Positions 52,544 through 60,335 of a stretch of 64,000 nucleotides of DNA are shown here, one piece after another. This DNA comes from Gemmatimonas sp. (GTDB lineage: Bacteria; Gemmatimonadota; Gemmatimonadetes; Gemmatimonadales; Gemmatimonadaceae). The stretch's first letter is position 1; every line of letters begins with the position of its first letter. The position numbers and the translations under genes were made by a program. The notes beneath the pieces are model-generated. The model saw only the letters and a program-made list of their open reading frames with translations, was not told the origin of the DNA and did no database searches. The stretch lies in contig JANNVQ010000057.1 in assembly GCA_031414535.1 (NCBI GenBank), forward strand, positions 32,001 to 96,000, written 5' to 3'.

Positions 52544-53109
52544 AGAACAATCTTACGTTGACTAAGCGAGCAGTTGTGCTTCCTCTGCATTTGCTGTTGA
52601 TGAGCGGAGCCGGTTGCGATAGAGCACCTGCGCCTGCGGCGGCACTGCCGCAGAGAACTGAGTTCGCGGTGCAGTTCGATTCTACCGTCGGTGCGGACTC
52701 CACCGGACTTCGATCCGCGCTCATCGCATTTGGTGACTCGCTCCACCTGACTCACTTTCAGGCAAGCATCAGTCAGTTCGGTGGCGCTCCTACGAGATAC
52801 TTCGCGTTTCTAATTGGTCCTCCGGCGTACAAAAGCGGAAACGTTCAGTTCGCGTTGCTCACTGCGCGCGATGGGGCCTTTGCGGTGAAGGACCTTTTCG
52901 ACACGGGCGTCCCGTCCGGTCCAGTAGGTATCGCACTCGAGGCACTCGCTGACTTCGACTCGGACGGTCTTCCCGATGCGCACTACTGCGACTTTAGTTT
53001 GGCCAGTGACTCCACTCCGGTATCGCGTGTGCTGGGATACGGAGGCGCTGGATGGTATGCTGTTCAAACTTCGAAGGCGGTTCGATGTCGAGCGGACACC
53101 AGTCGCTAA
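52540..53109 (+). CDS. Putative lipoprotein immunity protein for cassette R3
   Basis: GTGA overlap and a lipobox-like LLLMSGAGC. Confidence 0.72.
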   Translation: MKNNLTLTKRAVVLPLHLLLMSGAGCDRAPAPAAALPQRTEFAVQFDSTVGADSTGLRSALIAFGDSLHLTHFQASISQFGGAPTRYFAFLIGPPAYKSGNVQFALLTARDGAFAVKDLFDTGVPSGPVGIALEALADFDSDGLPDAHYCDFSLASDSTPVSRVLGYGGAGWYAVQTSKAVRCRADTSR

Positions 53110-53361
53110 TGCGAGCCGCTGCACTGCCTAACCTTAAGTTCTGCTGCAGCGGCGCCGGCGCTGGCAGCAGCGACTCGGGTTCGGCGGGTCGTCTCGGGTT
53201 CGCTCGCCAACGTGTGCCCCCGCGACAACCCCATTGGTCGGGTCGAATCGGCGCGGGGTTTGCCGGACGCTCGATTGCTCAATCGCGCCCCGCCCCCTCC
53301 GACACACACACAGCGCGTACCGACTCGACTCGCGCAGAAGCGGACCGCCCGCGAGCCGTGC

Positions 53362-53946
53362 TCAGCGCGGGGTCAAACAACGCGCGAGCAAGTCGCTGAC
53401 GCCGAGGACGGGGGCCCATCGATTCAAGACCGTGCGGTCGAGTGCGTCCTCCTGCAGCGCGACAATTGCCGCCACGTCGCGCCACTGGCGCTCCGAGACC
53501 TCGCCCCCCCGGCGGTACCATTCCAGCTTGCGCAACAGTGTGTGCTCGGCGGTGTCGAGCCAGAGCGACCCGGTCGCTGGCGGGGGCACGGGCACCGCCA
53601 CCCGCGTGCGCAGGCGCTCGTGATCAAACGCGTCATCTCCCGCCACGAACACATCAACCTTCACCCCGGCCTGCAGGTGCACGAGGTTGAAGGTTGTGCC
53701 GAGGCGCACTGCGTCGCGCGCAGCGTCCGCGTCCACGTAATAGTCTCGCGCGAGCGCGGCGACGACCCGACTCACGGTGCTGACGCGGAGGTCAGCGACG
53801 AGATCCACATCCAGTGTGGCGCGTGGTTCGCCATGGACCGAGCTCGCGAGCGAGCCGCCAATCACATACGGGACGGCGGCGGCCTCAAGCTGCTGCGCCA
53901 CGTCAAGCGCGACCGCGAGGACGTCGAGTTTGGGCGGCGGAATCAC
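53362..53946 (-). CDS. Nucleotidyltransferase-fold protein (putative TA-like component)
   Basis: IGGSLASSVHGEPRATLDVD motif and KLEWYRRGGEVSERQWRDV. GTG start overlaps the partner's stop. Confidence 0.78.
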   Translation of the reverse strand: MIPPPKLDVLAVALDVAQQLEAAAVPYVIGGSLASSVHGEPRATLDVDLVADLRVSTVSRVVAALARDYYVDADAARDAVRLGTTFNLVHLQAGVKVDVFVAGDDAFDHERLRTRVAVPVPPPATGSLWLDTAEHTLLRKLEWYRRGGEVSERQWRDVAAIVALQEDALDRTVLNRWAPVLGVSDLLARCLTPR

Positions 53947-54194
53947 CGTGGGGAGCGCGCATACGCGCGCGCCGCGAGTGCGGAGCCGAGCCGGCGCTCG
54001 ATGGCCGCGCGCTCGAGCTCCTCCAGGGCGAGCGTCGGCCGGCGGTGGCGTAACCCCTCGAGTTCCAGCCACAGCACCATCGCCGAGACATCGCGTACCA
54101 GCGCCAGCTTATCGGTCGACGACAGCGCGCGCCACGCAGCTCGCTGGCGCGCAGCGGCGTCTGGAGTGGTGTCGAGGAGGTGGCTGGAGCGCAT
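53943..54194 (-). CDS. Small helical partner of the nucleotidyltransferase
   Basis: 83 aa, DTTPDAAARQRAAWRALSSTDKL...GLRHRRP. GTGA-coupled to the NTase gene. Confidence 0.7.
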   Translation of the reverse strand: MRSSHLLDTTPDAAARQRAAWRALSSTDKLALVRDVSAMVLWLELEGLRHRRPTLALEELERAAIERRLGSALAARAYARSPR

Positions 54195-54295
54195 GCTGTA
54201 AAGGTCGCGCAGATGCTGGGGGTCGCGCCACTGGTCTGGGCGGCGGGCGCAATTGCCGTCGGTCGACGCGCGGTTATGATTGGGGAGCGGGCCCA

Positions 54296-54391
54296 TCCAC
54301 GCAGCTTGACCCGATCGGGCTGGCGGGTGGGTTGAACGCGTATGGCTTTGCGGGTGGGGATCCGGTCAATTTCTCCGATCCGTTCGGGTTG
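54296..54391 (+). repeat. Rhs junction repeat, copy 8
   Basis: TCCACGCAGCTTGACCCGATCGGGCTGGCGGGTGGGTTGAACGCG... Confidence 0.95.
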
Positions 54392-54865
54392 TGTCCGCCT
54401 GAAGAGACAGGGCGGCCCTGCACTGCGGGCGGTGTCGACTACAGGAGTGTTCGGGGAAAATCGACCGCCGTCCCATCAATGGCGACGTATGTCAGTTCGT
54501 TGGCGCGCGATCTCGGCTATCACATCGTAGTGACGAGCGGAGATCGTGACCGCGTCCCAAGTGGCGGAGCGACTACCAGCAACCATTTGATTCCTTCAAT
54601 GAATCCATCTCGAACAGGAGCGGTCGACTTTAAGGCATACACGCCGAATGGGCAGATGGTGCCGATGGGCAAGCTGTTTAGTGAGTCGCTGGACGCCGCA
54701 TCAACCGAATCCAGTCACGCACGCCTGATTTGGCACGACGTTGGCACAGTGACGGGTACGCAGCACCTGCATGCGGACAAGAGCACCGATGGCCACCGCT
54801 ATGAAGCGGGAGAGAAGAACACGAGGGGCAGAGCTGTTTACCGGCCCGTCGGGGGCAAGCCATGA
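54296..54865 (+). other. Orphan Rhs toxin tip R4 (M15/Hedgehog-DD-peptidase-like)
   Basis: VTSGDR...SNH...AVD...HLHAD pattern matches M15-type zinc peptidases. Confidence 0.75.
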
Positions 54866-55449
54866 TGCGGAACTCGACACTTGGCATGCTTGTTCTCGGA
54901 GTCTTCTCCCTGATTGGGTGCACAACCAAAGAAGAGCCCGCCAACCGCAGCGGTGCCAGCCAAGAATCTGCCGCGGACTGGATACTCGACTCTGGTCAGT
55001 TTAGGAATCGAACGTCACACCGGGTTGAACCTGTTCCAAGCAGTCTTCCGGAAAACATCTCCGCGCTGGAGGATGTGGATGGTCCCGATGGTACAGAGTT
55101 GTACACCTACATCTTGCTTGGCTCTGATACGGTGGGCGTCTACTTGTGGTCCACAGCACGAAGACTCGAACGACTCCGAATCCTAAGCTCCCGAGTGCAC
55201 ACGCCCAGTGGTGGCCACGTCGGCCTGACCGCTACGGCTCTTGCAGAGAAGGTGGGAGAACTCGAAGTGATAACTACTGAGGAGGGCGTGCTCGTTTGGG
55301 GCACGCGAGATCGCGAGTTCAGCTTCGTACTCGGCGCTGGAACGCAGCCGCGCGATAGCAGCGTTTTGAGGTCTCAAGGCTTCGTTGCGAGCGACACCGT
55401 CCAGATGATTCTTTGGTCGCGCAATCGGGTAGCGCGACAACGCAAGTGA
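54862..55449 (+). CDS. Putative lipoprotein immunity protein for cassette R4
   Basis: ATGA overlap and lipobox VFSLIGC. Confidence 0.75.
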   Translation: MMRNSTLGMLVLGVFSLIGCTTKEEPANRSGASQESAADWILDSGQFRNRTSHRVEPVPSSLPENISALEDVDGPDGTELYTYILLGSDTVGVYLWSTARRLERLRILSSRVHTPSGGHVGLTATALAEKVGELEVITTEEGVLVWGTRDREFSFVLGAGTQPRDSSVLRSQGFVASDTVQMILWSRNRVARQRK

Positions 55450-55567
55450 TGAGGGTCGATACTAGGCGGCTCACGGTATGAGGGCAGGGAGTTGATCCGT
55501 GAACATGGCGTTAGTGTCGTCGCGTTCCGGGGCAGCACTGAATGTTTTTCCGCGAGTGCCCTGTTGC

Positions 55568-56518
55568 TCACCCCGCGGGATGTGTTAGCAGGTGTACCTT
55601 CTGCAATCGCGCGACCGACACGTGCGTGTAGATCTGCGTGGTCGTCAGTCGCGTATGCCCGAGCAGTACCTGCAAATCGCGAATGTCCGCCCCAGCGTCG
55701 TGCATCAAAGTTGCCATCGTATGGCGAAACACGTGGCAACTGCCTCGTCCACGGATGCCTGCCGCATGCAACCGCGCTTGGCATAGCGCGGTGAGCGTCT
55801 TCGGCGTCAGGCGGCCCCCGTGGCGACCGAGGAACAGCGCGGGCTCATCGACCGACTTCGAGCATCGAATACGAGCCGTCGCCACATAATTCATGACTGC
55901 CACGACAGCACGCTTGCCTACCGGAACAACGCGCGACCTCCCGCCCTTCCCGCGCCGTATCCGTACCAGGCCTTCCTCACCCGCAAAGTCGCACACATCC
56001 AAAGCGCACACCTCCGCGCGGCGCAGCCCGGACGAGTACATCAACTCGAGCATCGCGTGATTGCGCACCCCAATCGCTGACCGTCGCGGCACGGCAACGA
56101 GTACTCGATCCACCTCATTCACCGACAACGTCGCAATTGGCGGACGCTCAGGAATGCGAATCGATGGCAGTTCACTCCAAAGGTCTCCGGCAATCAAGCC
56201 ACCCCGCTGAAGCCAACGAAGAAAGGCGCGAAGCGCACCGACATCCTTAGCAACCGTTGAACGGTCCACCCTGCCGCCGCTTCGCGTCGAGCGAGTCTGA
56301 AGTCGGCCCAACAGAGACTCGATCACTCCCAGGTTAAGCTCGCGCGGAGCCACAACTCCGAGCACCGAGAGCTCTCGGGTGATTCCGCGGAGTTGCACCG
56401 CTCGAGTGCGAACTGTGCTCGCTGCGCTGCCCATCGCCACAAGGTGCGCGAGGAAACGCGGCACTGACTCTTGAAGAGTTGGGTCAGTATCTAAATGTGC
56501 CGCCAACGCGCTGCGCAC
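55568..56518 (-). CDS. Tyrosine recombinase, XerC/XerD family
   Basis: Complete catalytic set: SGLRRAE (R), GKGG (K), HVFRH (HxxR), LGH and TTQIYTHV (Y). N-terminal SAM-like domain, 316 aa. Confidence 0.93.
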   Translation of the reverse strand: MRSALAAHLDTDPTLQESVPRFLAHLVAMGSAASTVRTRAVQLRGITRELSVLGVVAPRELNLGVIESLLGRLQTRSTRSGGRVDRSTVAKDVGALRAFLRWLQRGGLIAGDLWSELPSIRIPERPPIATLSVNEVDRVLVAVPRRSAIGVRNHAMLELMYSSGLRRAEVCALDVCDFAGEEGLVRIRRGKGGRSRVVPVGKRAVVAVMNYVATARIRCSKSVDEPALFLGRHGGRLTPKTLTALCQARLHAAGIRGRGSCHVFRHTMATLMHDAGADIRDLQVLLGHTRLTTTQIYTHVSVARLQKVHLLTHPAG

Positions 56519-57546
56519 TATTCCTTACACGGCTCAGCCCGCGCCATCAGCCCGCCCACCAGCGTATCCCCGCCCCGGACAACCACGACGTCACCCAACG
56601 TGGTGACAAGCACCAGCGTGTCTCCGTGTTGCCGGCGAATTTCTGGTGTACTCAGCACACCCACAAGTTCCGGTGGCGCCGCAACACGCCAACAGCCATC
56701 CAACCGCAGCAGCGTCATCGCCCGTGAAGGAGCGGCACTCGGCGCATCTGCCGTCCGCGCAATCGCGCCGCGCGGAGCATCCGCTGCCAAACTCGCGCGA
56801 CGTTGCGTCTCGAGGTTCGAAGCGCGACCCCGCGAGTCCTCGGTAGCACGCGTCCGTTGTTCCTCCACCGAGCGCGTGCCCACGCCTGCACTTCCACCAC
56901 TGCTCGCACCAGCACTTGGCAACGGCTGAGGAGCGGGCGGCAAGGCAGTTGGCACCGACGAAACCGGAGCCGCGGGCAACGTCGGCGCAACCTTTCGTGT
57001 GTCTTGCTCCGGCGGAATTACGGGAGCGGGCGCACTCTGCGTCGCGCCGCGCGTGGCCTCGCCCACGGTACGATCTGCAACGCGCGCGGGTCCTATCGCG
57101 GGGACATTGCTCGGCACTCCAACTGGTGGTTGTTCTTGCTCGCGCGTCGTGGGCGGCGACGACGGCGCGGGCGAATCAATAGAAGCCGCCGGCACAAACG
57201 GCTCCGCGGTCCGCTCACGCAGCACGTACGCAGTCCCCGCCACCAGTACAACCGCCGCCGCAATCCGCATCCACGGCTTTGCCGTAAACCGCTGCGGCGC
57301 ACGAGCAGCCTCAGCCTGCGCACTCGGCACACGCGGCGCAGCCACAGATCCCGCCGGCATCGCCCGCGGCACCGCATCCAACGACTGCACAATGCGCGAG
57401 CTCGCGGCAATCAATCCCCGCGCCTCAGCAACAGCGGCCGCCCACTCGGGATCCGTCGCCACCAACTGATCCAGCCGCGCCGATTCCTCCGGCGTGCACT
57501 CGCCATCCAACCACTGATGGATCAGCCCCTCATCAGGACGCGACAT
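56518..57546 (-). CDS. Putative anti-sigma factor (zf-HC2-like N-terminus lacking the Cys/His set, TM helix, Pro-rich region)
   Basis: MSRPDEGLIHQWLDGE and the TM segment WMRIAAAVVLVAG. Overlaps the ECF sigma stop. Confidence 0.72.
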   Translation of the reverse strand: MSRPDEGLIHQWLDGECTPEESARLDQLVATDPEWAAAVAEARGLIAASSRIVQSLDAVPRAMPAGSVAAPRVPSAQAEAARAPQRFTAKPWMRIAAAVVLVAGTAYVLRERTAEPFVPAASIDSPAPSSPPTTREQEQPPVGVPSNVPAIGPARVADRTVGEATRGATQSAPAPVIPPEQDTRKVAPTLPAAPVSSVPTALPPAPQPLPSAGASSGGSAGVGTRSVEEQRTRATEDSRGRASNLETQRRASLAADAPRGAIARTADAPSAAPSRAMTLLRLDGCWRVAAPPELVGVLSTPEIRRQHGDTLVLVTTLGDVVVVRGGDTLVGGLMARAEPCKE

Positions 57547-58054
57547 GCGCGCCTCCTCGGCCACCGGCCGCCAAGTCTTCATAGCTCTCCGCCAAGCGGC
57601 GACGCGCCCGCGACAGCGTCGTGCCCACGGAGCTCTTTTCGATTTGCAACACGTCCGCAATCTCTTGATAGTCCAAGCCTTCCTCCTTTAGCAGCAGCGC
57701 CTGACGATCACGCTCCGTGAGCATCGCCAAGGCTTCACGAGCAAAGCGCAGTCGCTCGGCGCGTTCCTGCGTCTGATCTTCTTCCTCAGACTCGTCAGCC
57801 TCGCGCTGCTCCGCCGCGAGCAGTTCCAAGTGCCTCCGATTGCGCGCATCCCGCCGCGCCCCGTCGCGCACCAGGTTGTGCGCCACCGCAAACACCCACG
57901 CCCGCTCGTTCACGATGGCCTCCGCCTGCCTGAGGGCCCGGACGAACGTCTCCTGCGCCACTTCCTCCGCCCAATCGCGGTCGCCCAACCGGCGCGTGAG
58001 ATACCGCACCAGGGTGTCGTGGTAAGTGACGAAGAGACGTTCGGCCTGGTCCAC
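57533..58054 (-). CDS. ECF sigma-70 factor
   Basis: AEEVAQETF and AWVFAVAHN (region 2), and GLDYQEIADVL...VGTTLSRARRRL (region 4). Confidence 0.92.
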   Translation of the reverse strand: MDQAERLFVTYHDTLVRYLTRRLGDRDWAEEVAQETFVRALRQAEAIVNERAWVFAVAHNLVRDGARRDARNRRHLELLAAEQREADESEEEDQTQERAERLRFAREALAMLTERDRQALLLKEEGLDYQEIADVLQIEKSSVGTTLSRARRRLAESYEDLAAGGRGGAHVAS

Positions 58055-58060
58055 GCCTGA

Positions 58061-60268
58061 TTACCAATCCCGAGTGATGGCGTCCACATCCGCTGCGCTC
58101 AAACGCTCTGCGCCATCAGCGGCGAGCACCACGGTCACCGCACGGCCGCGTGCTTCCACGCGTTCGCCCAGCGCAAACACTTCTCGGAGTTCCGGCGTGC
58201 GATTCATCAGTGCGAAGTATGCATCCGAGAAGGGTCGCACGCGCACCGTGCGAGCCCGAGCTGCCGCGCCTCGCGTGTCCGTCCACACGCTGTCCTTCAT
58301 CACGAACATCCGCGACGCGGTGCGCCGAGTCTGGCGCGCGTCCATATCGCCTTCCGCATCTGCCACCGAGCGCGATGACCGCTGTTCAGCCGCCTTACGC
58401 GCTTGCTCGAACGCGGGCGGCGGTGCCGATGCGGTCGTGGCAGCGCCCTGCGCCATCGGCATCACACCACCACGCCCGCCGCGGGGCCCCGGAGCATTGG
58501 CAACCACCATGCCGGGTTCAAGCACCAAGTACGAGGTGAGTGCGGTGGGAATGCCCCAGCGCTCGCCCAACTGCTTGATCTCGTTATCGAGCTCCGGCGA
58601 CGCACCGCTCTTGCGGCGCTCGGCGCTCAGCCAACCCACGCGCTGCGTGGCCCACAGACGCCCAACGAATGCGTCCTGCGTCCGCTGCGCCGGGAATCGC
58701 GCCTCGGAGGTCCAAGTGACGGGGCCATCTGGATGTTGCCCAGTGATGGTAATCCGCGCCGACTCCGCGCTGCCAGTATACCGCGCAAGAATCGTCAGCT
58801 CTTGGCCAGCAAAGAGATCAATGCGCCCGGCCGGCATCACCTGCTGCAGCGTTACGCCCTGCGCGCGGATGCGAATGTCCGTCGCCACCGGGCTCGTGAG
58901 CCGTTGGGCCACCACGCCAACAATGCGCTCCACGTTTTCTTGGGGGCGTACGAAGTGCGCGGTGCCGGCTCCATCAAGTGCGAGCTGCTCAAGCAGCGTG
59001 GCGTTCACATCCGCACCAATGCCAAACGTGAACACGCGCCGTTGACCGCGCTGCTGCGATGCGCGCGCGGCCAGCTTGGCAGGGTCGCGCTCACCCACCG
59101 TCGGCTCGCCGTCCGTCATGAAGAGTACGAGTCCGAGGCGATTCGCTGGCGTGCTCGCTTCAAGCGCACGCTCGAGCGCGCCACCGATGTTCGTTCCGCC
59201 GGTCGCACTCAATCCGTCCAGCCATTCCTGAGCACGCCGCAAGTTGCCTGGGTTTACCGCGCTCCAACCTTCAGCGAAGTCGTTCACATCGCTCGAGAAC
59301 GCAATCAAGCGAAAGCGATCTGCACCGCTCAGCGAATTCAGCAACTGGCGGCCCGCGGCCTTGGCCTGCACAAGCTTCTCACCGCTCATCGAGCCCGAGA
59401 CGTCAATCACGAAGGTCACATCACGCGCCGTGCGGCTCACGCTGCGCGTGGGCGCACCGATTGTGAGTAGCATGTAGCCCTCGTCCGTGCGCGGGGCGTG
59501 CGTGAGCACGGTCATCGCAGCACTGTTCGAGCGCACCGGCAGCAGCAGCGTCACGGTGCCTGTGGCATCCACCACGCGCAACGAACGCCGCGGCACACCA
59601 CCGGCATCTTCCACGCGATGCGTCGGCGACCAGGCCTCGCCGTAGCCATCACCCTCCGGCCACTGGAAGTTGAGTTGCGTGCCCGTGTTCTCCGTGCCTT
59701 GCCCACGCGGCGCCGGCACATCCACGCGCAAGGCATCACCTTCGCGCTCGGCGATGGCATTAAATCGCACGGTCACCGTGCGCGTCTCACCCGGTTGAAT
59801 GGGGAAGATGCGCGTGCGCAGCACACCGTGGTCCATCCACTCCACCAGCGCGGGGTCGCGCTGCCGTCGTACAATCTCCTCATAGATGCGGCGCGCTTCG
59901 CCGGCACCGCGGATCTCGCCGTTCACCATCTCACCATCAATCATCAGCGAGAGGTTCTCGAATGCGGCACCGCGCGGTAACGGCAGCACGTAGTCCACCT
60001 CGCCAAGCGCGCGCCCGCGGTTGGTCCAGCGCTCAGTGACTTCGTAGCGAAGGACGCGCCCCTCGAGTGCCACGCGCACTTCTCGGCCCGTGCGCACCAC
60101 GCGACCATCCATCCGGCATGGCGGCTGCGGGCAAGGCGCCGACGCGCACATTCGCGTGGGGCAATCGGGAGCGGGGACCGCTTGATCCTGCCCGGCAAGG
60201 GACGGCGGAGCGGCGACGAAAGCGGTCAGTACAAGTGCGTGGAGCGTAGCGGCGAAACGGCGAAACAC
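58061..60268 (-). CDS. Secreted VIT plus VWA domain protein
   Basis: VIT (EARRIYEEIVRRQRDPALVE) and VWA (FVIDVSGSM, GGTNI, MTDGEPT) motifs. Start uncertain (60268 or 60322). Confidence 0.88.
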   Translation of the reverse strand: MFRRFAATLHALVLTAFVAAPPSLAGQDQAVPAPDCPTRMCASAPCPQPPCRMDGRVVRTGREVRVALEGRVLRYEVTERWTNRGRALGEVDYVLPLPRGAAFENLSLMIDGEMVNGEIRGAGEARRIYEEIVRRQRDPALVEWMDHGVLRTRIFPIQPGETRTVTVRFNAIAEREGDALRVDVPAPRGQGTENTGTQLNFQWPEGDGYGEAWSPTHRVEDAGGVPRRSLRVVDATGTVTLLLPVRSNSAAMTVLTHAPRTDEGYMLLTIGAPTRSVSRTARDVTFVIDVSGSMSGEKLVQAKAAGRQLLNSLSGADRFRLIAFSSDVNDFAEGWSAVNPGNLRRAQEWLDGLSATGGTNIGGALERALEASTPANRLGLVLFMTDGEPTVGERDPAKLAARASQQRGQRRVFTFGIGADVNATLLEQLALDGAGTAHFVRPQENVERIVGVVAQRLTSPVATDIRIRAQGVTLQQVMPAGRIDLFAGQELTILARYTGSAESARITITGQHPDGPVTWTSEARFPAQRTQDAFVGRLWATQRVGWLSAERRKSGASPELDNEIKQLGERWGIPTALTSYLVLEPGMVVANAPGPRGGRGGVMPMAQGAATTASAPPPAFEQARKAAEQRSSRSVADAEGDMDARQTRRTASRMFVMKDSVWTDTRGAAARARTVRVRPFSDAYFALMNRTPELREVFALGERVEARGRAVTVVLAADGAERLSAADVDAITRDW

Positions 60269-60335
60269 GGGATCTCCCGGCTTGAGTTGCCAGGGAGACG
60301 CCAGACCCGCCAAAACTTGCACATCCTCGGTGGAA

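Noticed and set aside
53110..53361. GC-rich intergenic stretch with short palindromes and TCGGGT(T/C) words resembling the repeat arm
   Set aside because: There is no CACGCA core or downstream repeat, so it is too weak to call a ninth site or an ncRNA.
53777..54295. N-terminal extension of ORF 53777-54865
   Set aside because: It is antisense to the NTase/partner genes and reads as low-complexity shadow sequence. Meaningful sequence starts at the repeat (54296).
41400..54391. The eight repeats as a CRISPR array
   Set aside because: The repeats are ~96 bp, protein-coding, in both orientations and 0.8-5 kb apart, and there are no cas genes.
41400..54391. Repeat copies as an assembly artefact
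   Set aside because: Each copy has its own substitutions and unique flanks and leads in frame into a distinct toxin/immunity pair. Cassette order could still be one of several isoforms.
40717..56518. Integron (tyrosine recombinase plus cassette array with TA modules)
   Set aside because: No attC-like palindromes with RYYYAAC/GTTRRRY ends were seen. The repeats lie at the 5' end inside coding frames, and the recombinase shows no obvious IntI-specific insertion by eye.
40717..56518. Diversity-generating retroelement
   Set aside because: There is no reverse transcriptase, and differences between repeats are mostly synonymous rather than adenine-specific.
55568..56518. Prophage or ICE integrase
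   Set aside because: No phage, conjugation or excisionase genes, no tRNA and no flanking direct repeat were found by eye. An integrase role for the island is not strictly excluded.
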